Positions 33,401 through 45,900 of a DNA stretch of 64,000 nt are shown here, piece by piece. Both the position numbers and the translations under genes were made by a program. Within the stretch, counting starts at the first letter, position 1. Every line of letters starts with the position of its first letter. The stretch comes from Phoronis australis (taxonomy: Eukaryota; Animalia; Phoronida), in the NCBI GenBank assembly GCA_002633005.1, contig NMRA01000024.1, positions 575,803 through 639,802 of the forward strand, given 5' to 3'. The notes beneath the pieces are model-generated. The model saw only the letters and a list, made by a program, of their open reading frames with translations. It had not been told where the DNA came from and did not search any database.

Positions 33401-36400
33401 CATCTCCGTGTCTGTGGCCTGCAGTCGTCGACTGTGAGTGACGAATGCCGGCTTACCAAATAGCTATCCATACATTTCGTTGCCTGAGCTTGTTCACGGC
33501 GCCCCTATAGTATTTCTTCATCACTGTATTGTGGTTTGAACTGTTACCTTGCGAAACTTAGCGATCCACCTGCGAAGTCTTCGTCGGATGAGCTCTCGTC
33601 TAAGTCGGGATTGCGAGTTGCCGTGTTGACGTTTATTACTGAGTGTTGTGTTTCAAAATGAATTATTCTCACCTTAACCAATTCTTACAATAAAACTGAA
33701 ACAAAGTCTGTCTCATTAGAGATGCAATTTGTAATGCCTTTGTAGTGTTCGTGAGTGCAAATGATTTGACTGTAAAGCCAACAATGAATAAATCACTGTT
33801 TTACTGGCTTTAGGTGCAATAAAACTAATTGACCAGACACCGAGACGGTGTGAGCGCATACTAATTCAGTGTTTGCTGACAGAAACTGTAATGAAACAAT
33901 AACTCAATTTTCTATCCCACGGCCAGGTGTTAGGGGAATCTTTATTTACCTATGCATGACGGTTCCGTGGCCAAAGGGGAACCTAGCGTGCATTCAGTAG
34001 ACGCTAGGACCTAGCTAAAACCTAGTCAATGTCACTTGTTCTCATTTAAAATGCACGGCAATATCTCGCGTAATCTCGCGAAGTCTTGGTTTTTAGCGAG
34101 GTCCTAGCGTTACTGAACGGGAGGCTGAATTTGCGGCCACTGACGAGTAAGTAGATTTGCAGTTTCATGGCTAATTCACCTACATAATCACGTGCACATT
34201 ACTTCTTTGGCTCACTAGTAAAGTATTTTCTTGACTGGAAGTTTAGTTTCCAACTTTGACGTGTTTATTCGTGATGTCTTCAGTCCGGCCGCGACGGACC
34301 TGATGGGTTCCAAGCCACTGGCCGGAATAACAAGCGTTTTGTGTGTTAAGAACTCAAAAAATCACAAGTCTAAACAACACAGATCTAGGTTCTCCTGTCT
34401 GTATTTCACGGAAGAATACTTCGAATTTTTCTCCGAACAGACCCCAAACTCCTGCTATGGACCTTAGTAAATTGGGCTGCCGAACTTTATAAGCTACAGT
34501 GTGTCCAAATACCAATAAATCCGTAACAGCGAAATAAAACAACATGTTTTTTATAAGAACTTGGTGTATTTTTAAGGGTTTTACATCGAAGTTTGATGAT
34601 TTATTGGTGTTAAGCGATAAATTAAAGAGATAAGCTGACACCAGTAACCCATGTTGTGAACTGCTGATCACGCTGCGTGTGAAACCAATGACGTCATTGG
34701 ATAATTTTAACACCTCCGTCTGCCGTCAGGTGTCAGGTGACGCAACCAAACATGCCGTTATCGAGTAGAACTACTTGATCTAAATTGATACAAAATTGGT
34801 TGTCCTGGATTGAAACGATATAGTGCTTTTGTGCTATGAAAATTCGCTCGCCACCAAGACGACCAGCACCATTTTACTCGCATGGGCCACTGGGGGAGTT
34901 GCTAAGTATATCTCTAAAGCGCCCATCCGATGAACGTGTACATTGTAAAAATGCCTTACCTACAGTTCTGAAATTCTACAGTAACGTAATTTATCAATGA
35001 GATCCAACAGCCCTAAAAAAATTATTGCGTGCAGAATTTGTAGACCACGAGCCTCGCCGCTACATCGATGTTTAGCTGTGACTATACACTTCAAACTTCT
35101 GCCTTGCTTGAAAAAGAACGCATTGCTGATCTTGCAAGGAACGTGTCCCATTATGGTCTGACCTTTCAGAACTGACGCAGCTTACTTGTCACAGGGATTT
35201 CATGGTATATTTCCCGTACTGATTTCCTCCCTCAACAGGAATCCAAATTTCTTCGTACCGTGAATAGAAGACCAATTAAAATTTGACTGGTATTAAAACC
35301 ACGTTGCCAGAAAGCACGTGCTACATGCATGTGCCTGTCATCGAAGACATTAATCTTCGGGAACTATCCATTTATGAAACGGGTAGCACATCATCAGCAA
35401 GAAATAAATATTGGCACTAATTTCCAAAATTTTGTAATACCATAAAAATGTTTGCGATAGTTTTAGAAGGAATTATTTAACAAATTGTAGTTGTTGTTTT
35501 TAAAGTCAAAATGACCCACTGATAGTGAACACTTCGATGCCCTTACATCCCCCGAATCTCCTGGAAAATAAATGTCTGACTGTTACGCATCTAGTCTCCT
35601 GGAGATTCAACGGCATTTAATATCGGCCTTACTGAAACAATTCTCAAATGTTTTTTACCAGATGAGATCAACAAGTGCTAAATAAAACATGTTCTGCTTT
35701 ACTGCTTGTGTTGATGTCTTTAGTTAACAATGCACACCTAGATCGTTACATCGCATTTACTTTGGCAAATGAACTCCGATGACGCACGCAGGTTCTCTCA
35801 CTCATGCACACGCAGACAAACTTCAAACCAAACATCACGCGACAACAACACGTGTTTTCTTCCGAAGATTTTTTTGTGTTGCGGGGTACAGCCTAGCGCA
35901 GATTTGCACATAATATGCACTTAATACCGACTCCATAGTAAAAATCTTGGGGACACTGTATTGAAAACTTAAGGAGGACTTCAGGTAATTTGTTGAGTCG
36001 AAACTATTTTTATTCAAGAATTCAGGTTGACCTATCGGCGATCGTGAGGCAACGACAATCAGCACGATTTTCTGAAAAATGATTGTAATTTAGCAACGAA
36101 GTTTGATAGCAATGCACCACAATTTTACAGAAAGTCAGTCATAGGTTACAGATGTGTCACAGAACGTAAATCGATGAATCCTAGCTTACGATTTCACCCG
36201 TTTTGGAGACCGGGTTTCAGCCGCCTGAAGCGAATTTTTCAAAGCGCCCTGGGTGGTTGTTAGGGCAAATAGGGTAAGTTATAGTTAATGGGTGGATTTC
36301 TTGAATTTTGCTACATAAGTTTCTGCCATAGTTGGGACAACACTTGCCCATTTTGAGACATATATGACCTGTGCTGCTACTCTAGTGGCAATTTTAATAT

Positions 36401-39400
36401 TTTGACATTTTTGGTTTTTGGCATCCACTGCTCTATCCAACAACTGCTAGAAGGATCATCATTATATTTGGCAGACGTGTTTCTGTTATGGAGAACATTG
36501 CTGATGCTGATCCAACTGGTTGGGACCCCCTTTTTAAATTTTAGTTTTGCTTGGGTCTAACTCAGTATGCACCAAAAGCTGTCCGAGTACATATAACCCA
36601 ATGCTTCGTTCATCCAAGGTCTTGCACCATTTGAATAACACCAGTATATCTACAAAGCTATAGTATGGCCTTCACTGCCAAGAGTTTTTACTGGTCTCAG
36701 TTTGGATTTGAATACATTGTAAATAAGACGCCTTTGAATGGCAATTGAAACACTCATTGTTTGGTATCTTTTGGTACTGTGCCGTCTGACGTTTTGCATG
36801 TCTCAAAATGCACACCTGATTGTATTTCGTTGATACTATCTTCTTGGTTTCCTAATCAGATGAACATCCTGCTGTGTTTACTGTCGGGAAGCCAAAGGGT
36901 GGTCTCAAAGACCCAACAAAAACTTCATTCTACTGCCAGTTCTGTGACAAACAGCTGAACTCTGAACAGCAATTTAACCAACACAGAGAAGGTATGTATT
37001 AAATTGTCTGTGGTATTTTCAAGGCAGCTATGAATTCAACTACATTTCCTCTGTTGAAAATCAAAAGTCAGTGGACATTTTGTCGGTAATTTTTGTTTTT
37101 CGAATCTCAGTCTGTTTCACTCATTGAAATATGTGCATTCAAAAAGTCATATCTCAGAAGTGGGTGATCGTATTCACACCAAACTTTCAGATAGTGTACT
37201 TTTTGGGAATTGCTTGTAAAATGTTCCACTATGGATGACAGGCTATCAAAAGTTGGACTAAAAAACTATAAAGTTGCATAAAATTTGAAGACAATGTAGA
37301 AAACTGTAACAGCATTTTTGACTTTTCATCCTAAACCAGTGTTCGCCAGGCCCTGTTTTGACTCGTCGCGGTGATAGGTTACGATTTTACCACGATGAGT
37401 TTGTTCAAGGCACATCAAGTTAAAACATTGCTGCTCCAAATTTAAAACTTTGGCTGGCAAGGCAATAGAGTCCTCAGCATCAAAGCAGAGCCCGATTTTG
37501 TCAATGTCGACCAGATTTGACTTCATTAAAATGTAGTTTACACTATGTATAATAACATTGTGACAAATAATTGTTGTTCATTATTGCTAAGAAAATCTGA
37601 AAAAATTCTTTTCAATACAAAACTTCATAGAGTCAACTACGTAGTTTTAGTGGACAAGTATTCTGCGTTATCATTCTAACTTTAAAATTTTGCATCTAAA
37701 CCTGTAAAGTGGACTCACTGCAATGTGATGCTCGGGGTTTTGTGACTTTAAATAAATCGTTCCAATTAGAGTTGATTTGGTTGGAAGTGTTCCAACCACT
37801 GAGTTTGTCTTTAAAACTGCCTCTTATTAATAAATAAACCTCATTCACTAATGGATCCGCGTCGGTTTTTCTCATACATTATTGAATGGTGTCTATTTAT
37901 TAATTTATATGAGGTGAAGAAACCTCTATTTCCGGTCGCATATTGCAATTGAGTTTTCAGAATCATATAATTCACTGTTTGGTTCATTTGTGCCAACCGG
38001 CATATTACATTTTCCATCCCGGTATTATGGAAAATCCAATATAGAAGTTGGTGCAAATGGATCATAAAAAGCTTCAACAACCTTGCGTTTTGTGAATAAC
38101 TTGATTCAATCTGCTTACCGCTGTGCAGGAATTCACCCATCGTTTAATGCCCAAATTCCATTCACACACAGTCTTACCCTAGAGCAACCTGCATTAGTGC
38201 AACTTACCTCACTTAAGGTTGAACATCCAAGCTAAACACAGTCTTCCAGTAACTAGCGCAAGGCAGAAGTTGTTAAGCTGTGTGCGTGACAATGAACAGA
38301 CGATGCGAATATTCCTGGAAAAAGTAGAACAGTTGCTTTGTGACCACAACTGATACCTCTGGCTTGCCCCAGGTTTGCGGTCATACAGGGATTAGAAGTG
38401 GCTCAAGTTGTCCTGGAACAAGTTCTTACCTCGATAATGTGGAGTAAGTTGTCACAATTGAGGCTAGTTGCACTAGATTAGGTAGCGCTCAGACAGCCCC
38501 CAACTAGCTACAGGAGAAACTTGTTTTAGGGTAAGCTTGTGTATGGATGGCACTAAAGGTATTCTTTTCAAGCCTAGAAATTGGTGCTAACTGAGACCAG
38601 TTCCTCGTTGATAATTTGATTTCTTACGCAAGGCTGGTTTACAGCAGCTTTGAATTATATAATTCTTAATGCTCACTGTTGCAATCCGCTTTCAGACATT
38701 CATTCAATTTCTTTATTACTTTCAAACAAATTCATCCTTCTTTGGAACCAGTGTTGACGGCAGCAATACGTTTTAAAAGCAAGGCTGTTTGAAAGGAATA
38801 AAATATAATTGATGGATTCTGTTCTGTTATTTTCACGACATTGTTATTTGGAGATATGTATGGAAGGAAGAGTGACGGGTAGTGTTTGTAGACTTCAACT
38901 GCACATGTGGTATGTTGTTCCATGGACTGATTATGTCAGAGTCATCAGTTTGATTAGTTAGTCTCTTACCTGAGATAGTATCTTGTCACCATGACGACAT
39001 TGTGGAGGGCAGTTACCAGTACTTTGAATGAGCTTATGTTTTTGCGATAAAATCATAGATTGATTAGCTATCAGTTCAGCAACTGGAATGAAGTCTTTTG
39101 GCAATAGTCTGATATACCTGTCTGCATTTTGAGAACCAGTTTGATGCCTGCTATTCCGTTAAGAAAACTGGTTCTCAAAATGCCGGCATATTATGTCCAT
39201 TATTACCAGTATTTTCTTTTGTATCGGCATCGTTAAGCTTTCTTCGCTGCTGTAAAGTCTCACCAATGTCTGCAAAAAAGATTTGTCATGCTTTCTCGTG
39301 TTCATTTTTCATGGGATCGTAACGTTGTGAATGCTCTGTTTCTTTAAAGTGTGATGTGAAGGCAAAAGTTTGGACTTCTACTTTGTTAGTATTAATGTGC

Positions 39401-42400
39401 TACTACTATAATTTTGTGAAAAATAATAATCTTTAACTTCACTCAGTCGTTCGTATTTTTTAGTCTAGCAAGAGACACTTTTGTGCTCTCACGTCACTAA
39501 AGAGTTGTCTTCAGAAATTTTTCTACTGTTAACTGTGGCAATGCTTCATCTGCACACACTGTGGCAGACAAAAGATTTTTTTGTGTCAAATTTCTTTACA
39601 AAAAATACAGATTGAGAAAGTTATAGCTTTTTATTAGCTTGGCTTGTCCTGAATAGATGTCATAAAACGGCATTAGATAAAATTTACCACTTTTTGCAGT
39701 GAGGTAATCAGCATTGGAAAATTAGAAAAGTGTCGATGTTGGGCAATATTTGTGTGAAATAAGCAAAGAATTACCATGTAACTGAACAGTTGCCCCATTT
39801 CACTTATTGTTTGACAACATTGTTTCCTGATGTTCATTTAGGAACTCCCCACAAGAATAATGTAGAAGCTCAGAGGTCGAAGCCGTCTCCTGCTCCAAGA
39901 ACACCAGGACGATTCCCTTGTGAGAATTGCCGCATGTTCTTCAGAACAGCCACCTTACTTCGAAAGGTGAGTCATGATGTCTCTCCGCGTATCCAGTGGC
40001 AATTGCACTCATTGAACTTGTACTGCGTTGGAACTATTGATGATTGCTACCATTGCATGGTTTCGGGAGGGGTGGCCATGCCTTTTGTCAGCATAAATAG
40101 TGATGTGAAGGACAGACAAGTGATGTGAAGGACAGACAAGTGATGTGAAGAACAGACAAGTGATGTGAAGGACAGACAAGTGATGTGAAGGACAGACAAG
40201 TGATGTGAAGGACAGACAAGTGATGTGAAGGACAGACAAGTGATGTGAAGGACAGACAAGTGATGTGAAGGACAGACAAGTGATGTGAAGGACAGACAAG
40301 TGATGTGAAGGACAGACACTCAATGCTTTTAATATGTTCTACTTTTGTATATGGAGATGTGTTGTTCAGTTATACCACATCAATTAACAGATGAACACAA
40401 GCAGTGAATTTGATGTTTAACTTTTAATCACTCTGCCATAAATTGGGCATTGTGACCATGTCTTTTTTGTAAAAGCAAATACAAAAGTGCATCGATAGCA
40501 AAACCATGGTGTCGACAACAGGACCAAATTTTGTTTGATATAAATGTTCATGATTAGACTTCAAGGACATTGCCACAGTTTTCTAAATTATCATTTCGTT
40601 CTTGTTTTGTGGAACTTGTGAGTCTTGTGAAAATCGTAAAAGTCCAATTTTTGATGGTCCCTCTTACAAAAGTGAAACATTTTGAAAATAATTTAAAATC
40701 AATTTCTAGCAATGTTTTTGAGAACAGTGCATAAAGCAGAGTATCTGAAAGTTTCATAAGAAACTCATCAGCCATTCATGAGCTATGATGTTCTGAGGTT
40801 GGCCAAATTTGTACATTTTTCTAGGGTTCTGCATAACCTTAATCTGTTCTTATGTAATCTTTTTCACCAACCTTCACTGAACACGCAACCCAAGAGTGGA
40901 CACATTGATTCAAAAAATCATGACTGTCATTGCCATGTGGAAGATAATTTCAGAATCCAGATTGAAAGATTGCATTGTGCATGACCTTCACCTAAATTCT
41001 AAGTGTATTTTCATTATTTTAATACAATTTATCTGATCGTTAAACAAGTAATTAAAGGTTAATTACATCGCAGGAGTTGATGTTGTATATGTCCATATTT
41101 GTCTGGGTTGAAATTTCAAAAAAACCAGCAGCTGATCGTACAGTGGAACTGGGCATTCGTAAGCTTCGAAAAATTGGGTTGGACGTTTACCCGAATGCTC
41201 TAGTTTAAGTTAAAGCATCTATAAACATTGTCTTTCTATGTAAGCATATTTATTTTTCCAAAGCAACATCCCAACATCATGTTCTTGTCCTGTTTGAATT
41301 TTAAATAGTTACAATAAATCGCCTGGAGTTACCTTGACGGACATATTGCCTGGAGGACTCAAACCAATTTGCAGTGACAAGCCATTTAAACATATATATG
41401 CATGGTCCTAACTTTGCTAATGTATAGCAGAGACTAAGAGACAATGCTATTTGACCACCATCTACGCTAAACAAAGTGCAGTTGTATTCATTGACAACTT
41501 GTAAAATAAAATGTGAAAGGAAAAAATTCTAAAAGATGACCTTTGCAATAATGATGTACCTTGGGGGCTCATAAAGCCCGCTTCATGCAGTGTTATTCCC
41601 CAACACCATGCCATGACACTTACTGGATACAGTTGAGTGATTTACAGTGGACCATTGCTCATTCTTAGAAACATTTGGCAATTTCAAGCTATTTCATATT
41701 CCCATTGTCGCTATATGTTGTGTTTCTAATTTGATCAAGCAATCAAAGAGATATGGAGATTAGTGTGTAAGTTCCACTTTAATGGGTCTGATCTGAAGCA
41801 AATAATGACCCGACACTTCTTCGCAAATGAGCAAGAAACAAAATGACACCAGTTTTGTAACATTAATGGGCTCGGTCAAAGGTTGTCTTAAACCGAAGGC
41901 CTGGGGTTGTTGCTCTAATCATGAGTTGCATCAAATGTCCAATTTTAAATGACAGAATGTGATGCTTTTCAGTTTGAGGTAAGAAAATTGCATATGTTTT
42001 GGCAACTGAAGGATCCAGTTTTGAAGGCGTGGCACTTAATGGAACTGAAAACGACTCGGTAAATTAAGATGGAAGTATAGTTGAGTTTGAGGGTATAAAA
42101 TTGAAAATTTTGGAAAATTAAAAAGTGCCTATTCAGCCAAACGCCGGCGTTTAGTGAGACACATTTGGAAGGGCTTGCAACATTAGCTTTGAAAAGTTAA
42201 GAAACTGTTTGACCAATTTTTTGTTGTTAGTGCTAGGCTGTTGGTTAAAATAGTGATCAAAAGTTTTGCCTAATCTCCGTAGATGTTGTGCGCGGGTTTT
42301 CTGTTTTGATTTCACGTGACTTTGGTTTGATATTAAATGACTCCCTTTTTGCTTCCAGCACCTGATGTCATACGAACACAAAACCATTGTAAGGTATCAG

Positions 42401-42910
42401 AAGTTTGTCTATGGTGGTCAAATCAATGGCACCATGAGCTCAGGTCCTCAGGGATCTGGAAATGCCAAGCAAGGTGACCGGAGTTATGGTCTTGAAGGTG
42501 GATCTGAAGGGAGAGGCAGTTCCAATGACAGCAGCAGGAACTATGGTCCAGGATCCCAGCGGAAAGGCTATCCCAAGGGAGGCCGTTGGTATGACTGTGG
42601 GTTCTTGGGATTCCACAACAGGAGTCATCCGTACAACAGTGGCTGGAATATTGGTCCTGAGCCTTCCTCCCAGGTCGGTGGTGGTGAAGGGAGTTACAGT
42701 CAGAACCAGCACTCTGACAGTGCCTCGGGAGGTCAACAGCAAGACTTCTGGAATACTAAGCCATCTGTTGGTGATAATCAGAACTATAAGAAAGAGCAAT
42801 CCAGCCAATTCAATTACGGCGGATACGACTATGAGCATGAAAGTTTGGATCAAAGCCAGCAATATGTCGACAGCCAAGCAAAAAAATATTTCGACTACAA
42901 GTTTGATTGA
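27418..42910 (+). CDS. Matrin/U1-type (JAZ-like) C2H2 zinc-finger protein, ZNF346/ZNF385/ZMAT3-like, 429 aa. Join 27418-27446, 29485-29723, 31807-32019, 36860-36991, 39842-39966, 42359-42910
   Basis: Four fingers with 5-residue His spacing: CDVC..HMSGKTH, CEIC..HFESNKH, CQFC..HREGTPH, CENC..HLMSYEH; exon phases sum to 1290 nt; exon 1 is the least certain. Confidence 0.85.
27787..28470. mobile_element. Foldback element with ~260-bp diverged inverted arms (27787-28046 / 28207-28470)
   Basis: aaattcgcggtcaaagcacaaaaatcttccca pairs with tgggaagatttttgtgctttgaccgcgaattt; aaacacaaaactcaataaatttacacaaaac pairs likewise. Confidence 0.85.
28600..29160 (-). mobile_element. Degenerate fragment of an RLE-clade (HERO/NeSL-like) non-LTR retrotransposon ORF, CCHC region
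   Basis: WTKWE...WRMEPFRIQFSLRSVYDLLP..SNLFRWG....KCPLC matches the post-RT zinc knuckle of HERO-like elements; contains stops and frameshifts. Confidence 0.75.
29485..29723 (+). CDS. Zinc-finger gene exon 2, finger 1 (YCDVCCIELTSKVQFDQHMSGKTHAKR)
   Basis: zf-met consensus H..GK.H.KR; donor gtatgt. Confidence 0.9.
29927..31400 (+). mobile_element. Helentron-associated non-autonomous element (HINE) with an internal tandem array
   Basis: T-run, 5' subTIR atgcgcccaca (29932) with adjacent inverted copy, 3' subTIR tgtgggtgcat (31355), 3' hairpin at 31367-31398, ~150-bp internal subunits. Confidence 0.8.
31807..32019 (+). CDS. Zinc-finger gene exon 3, finger 2 (CEICGMIFNHERMARDHFESNKHLKK)
   Basis: ttttag / gtaaga, phase 1-1. 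Confidence 0.9.
32979..33425 (+). pseudogene. THAP-domain relic, probably from a Kolobok/P-like transposon, interrupted by a SINE
   Basis: MFRCIVPARLNR, insertion, then RKVGISFFRLPRKSEMLRKWL...HLRVCG; TTAAAGG Kolobok-like end at 32805. Confidence 0.7.
33031..33278 (-). mobile_element. tRNA-derived SINE with 10-bp TSD
   Basis: Minus-strand A box tgatctggttga and B box ggttcgagtccc; AT-rich tail; ctgcgaggaa at 33021-33030 and 33279-33288. Confidence 0.85.
36860..36991 (+). CDS. Zinc-finger gene exon 4, finger 3 (FYCQFCDKQLNSEQQFNQHRE)
   Basis: ctaatcag / gtatgt; frame not in the ORF track. Confidence 0.9.
38143..38557. mobile_element. Degenerate palindromic MITE
   Basis: cacacagtcttaccctagagcaa pairs with ttgttttagggtaagcttgtgt; tagtgcaact pairs with agttgcacta. 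Confidence 0.55.
39124..39183. repeat. Perfect 19-bp inverted repeat with a 22-nt loop; a related copy at ~60995-61052
   Basis: gcattttgagaaccagttt ... aaactggttctcaaaatgc. Confidence 0.85.
39842..39966 (+). CDS. Zinc-finger gene exon 5 (GTPHKNN...FPCENCRMFFRTATLLRK)
   Basis: Completes finger 3 and starts finger 4; tttag / gtgagt. Confidence 0.88.
40101..40318. repeat. 20-bp minisatellite (tgatgtgaaggacagacaag) x11
   Basis: Direct read; one internal variant unit. Confidence 0.97.
42359..42910 (+). CDS. Zinc-finger gene last exon (HLMSYEHK plus G/S/Y/Q/N low-complexity tail)
   Basis: cttccag acceptor, completes finger 4; stop at 42908-42910; AATAAA at 43379 and 43910. Confidence 0.88.
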   Translation, partial: HLMSYEHKTIVRYQKFVYGGQINGTMSSGPQGSGNAKQGDRSYGLEGGSEGRGSSNDSSRNYGPGSQRKGYPKGGRWYDCGFLGFHNRSHPYNSGWNIGPEPSSQVGGGEGSYSQNQHSDSASGGQQQDFWNTKPSVGDNQNYKKEQSSQFNYGGYDYEHESLDQSQQYVDSQAKKYFDYKFD

Positions 42911-45900
42911 AATGGCTTGTGACTGGTGGTGTGTGTTAGATGTCTCAAGATTTTATTGGATTTGTGTTGATCTTGTCAATGTGACAATATATGGACAAAG
43001 AGAACTGATTTGTGCAAAATATAATACGACAATTAGGTCAAAAAGACATTGTGCAATTCGTTTAAAAAAATCAGACCAGAACCAAGTGACAAATTTTGGC
43101 CTAACAAGTTTTATCATAATGCTTGTTTTTTATTGCTGCCAAGATGTTCGATCTAACTAAAAAATACTCTAAGTGAATGTTTTATAAACTAAATGGCAAA
43201 CATCTGACATGAAACTTTTGTAAGTGTAGCTCTCTAGAATTGGGCTTTGTTGAACAATATGGGCCATGCTGCAGAAGATGAGGTGTAAGTTGTTTCATTT
43301 GTGGATATTCCATGTTTCTGTATGTCATGTAAACATCCCACTACATAACAGTAATTTGACTGCTAGAGGCCATTAGACAATAAAATGCTGTAGACTCCCA
43401 TTGCTTTAAATCTCCATTCACGTCACATGGAAATGTAAGCAGCATTTCATTCCGTTTAGCTGACTAAAATGAAAATCATAGGTCGTTTGCTCTCATAATG
43501 CTTACTATGATAGAAACTATGTTTCCTGCCAACAAGAACATCGAAACCATCGGCGACTCCAGAAAAAGTTTCAGAGTTTGTTAAAGTTGGTCAACCCTAT
43601 AATTGCGAATTTGAAAGGTGTGCATTGGATGGCTCATTTGATAACTATGCAAAATCTGATGGGCAAGGTAATCTATAAACATCAAAGTGTTTGATTAAGA
43701 ATTCACCACTGACAGCTAAACACCAGTGAAATGCCCCTTTCAGATGGCATTTAACCTTTGTCACCACTACATCAGAAAATGACAATAGCTAACATTTTCA
43801 CTAAGATGCTGTATGCATAGTGTTAAAGATTAAGTTAAACAAATGTATTAATTTTCTAGGTGTTGAAGTTTTCCCTAACTTATGAATTCATGGTTCATTG
43901 TTTTTAGTAAATAAATTGTCTCTGTGACTGGGGTATACGACATTGATTTTTTGCCATAGAAAAGGCATACATGTACATATGATACACATTAATATAGTGA
44001 TCTACTGTATCTCAGCGAATCTACTAGACATAGGTGAAGGAGTGAGTGGTCCAGGCTGTATGAACGCAGGGAGAATCCTGCAGCCACACCTGTCTGTGAC
44101 GTTTGAAGTAACATGGTAAAGTTTACTCATTGCCAATATTGTGATTTTCCATTTTTCAAAAACTCACTGTATAGTTAAAAGCACTCAATTTCATCATATG
44201 TGTTTATGGCTATTCAATTTAAAGTGGTAAAATTATCAAGTGAATTTTCTGAACAATGTTTCTGTTGAATATTTTGTTATGGTAATATAAAAGTTTTATT
44301 GGTTTGGATTTCACATCAAATGAAATAGAATTGAAAGTTTGTACCACAGCTACCAAAGACAACATCAAAAGTTTTGAAACATTTGGACCTTCACAGCAAT
44401 GTAAGAAGTGTTTGAAAAATGAAAAAATGGTTGTTTTGGTACTAAAAATTTTTGTCATAAATTGGGTGATGTTTTACCAAAATCAGGGAAGTCCATATTC
44501 TAGAAAGGGTTGATAAGCATCAGCATTGTTGGTCTGGAACTCTTTTATCATAAAATAAATGGAATTTACTTGATGCTTTTCTTGGTGATCATGCCATTGT
44601 TGAATGTTACATTGTTATGCCTTAAACTGCATTTTGTCCTGCAATATTTGGCTGAGATAACGGAAACCAAAATATGCCAGTTAATTCGTATAAAATGGTT
44701 CTCAAATTTCTCCTTACCATGACAGGACTTGTTTTCTGATACCACGACAGGTCATGAAACACGTAAAAATTGTTGATTTTGTTGGGGTTGGGCAATTATA
44801 GTGAAACTCAGAAGTGGCGCACATTCAAATTTAGGTCAGTTCCGTGCAACACAACAATGACTGCATTTCTCATGAGTACATGTCAAATTGGCTGTTTGTC
44901 TTGGTTCTTTGGCAAACATGCTTTAAGTTACGGATAAGCAAGGTGGATGCTGCTTTAGCTTTGGCTGTATACAGATAATCTTGAGGTATATGTGCCATTT
45001 GGAGAGCGTTAATTAATGATTACAAAAGCAAAACTTCAAGATTTTTATGCACCCATATATGAATGTGATATTTGTATTCAGTTCCACACCATCCCTATCT
45101 GGTTTCTGGCACCTGCCTTTGTATCTTCTTAACCCTGTGAAACATCGTCATTGAATTTGTCAAATACTCTTATACCTGTAAAAAACCATGGCTGATGTGT
45201 GTATCTCACTGATTCTTTTGTACTGCAGCATATATGCCATCATGGAAATCTATTTTTGCCCTGCCTCTATCTACCAAATTCTTTTCTGCAGGTCTTTGTA
45301 AAATGGATATCTTTCCAGAAGTTAACAGCACCTGCCCATTTTAGATTAACGGGACTATATCTTACTTCACTGCTAGCAGTTCGTTTTGGACGCTTCACTT
45401 TTGACATCAATTACCAAACTTTACGAGGTCAACCCTACATTAGGTGCTTAGTGTACAACTTTCAATGACTTATGTCCGCATGACTCTTTACAGGCATTCT
45501 CTACGTGTTCCGTGTTACAGCTGTGGTCACCGTTGTCCTGTAACGTATGTAGTGTGCAAGTTACAAATCTGACATAGCTTCAGCAACAGTGCGTTGGGCC
45601 GCCTCATCAAAGACTGAAGGAATTTTGATAAATTAATTATATCAGGTAAGTTAATAGTTCAGGGATCGTTTCATAAAAACTTGACAGCCAGGGTCAATTG
45701 GCCCCTCAGGGTCTCAAACCTATTGGCCAGAAATAAAGTAAAATCAAACACTATATGACAATTTACATGACAATTGACATCTGATATATGGCGTAATGAA
45801 CATGATGCAGCCAAGTCAAGTTATTTTTTTTTGAAATTCATCCTGGTACGGGAATTGGGGATAGTTAGGCCTATAAAAGATCTTTAACCCAGCCGCAGAG

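Larger units (their letters stand above)
32432..36274. mobile_element. ~3.85 kb Tc1/pogo-like non-autonomous element with ~330-370-bp TIRs and TA flanks
   Basis: 32432-32803 is the diverged reverse complement of 35952-36274 (e.g. ggcggttgaaacccggtc / gaccgggtttcagccgcc); TA-CCGTA type ends. Confidence 0.8.

Noticed and set aside
40009-40323. Three overlapping minus-strand ORFs (HHLSVLHITCLSFTSLVCPS repeats)
   Set aside because: Translation artefact of the 20-bp minisatellite
42462-43160. 232-aa overlapping + strand ORF and 145-aa antisense ORF
   Set aside because: Shadow frames of the low-complexity last exon running into the 3' UTR; no recognisable motif
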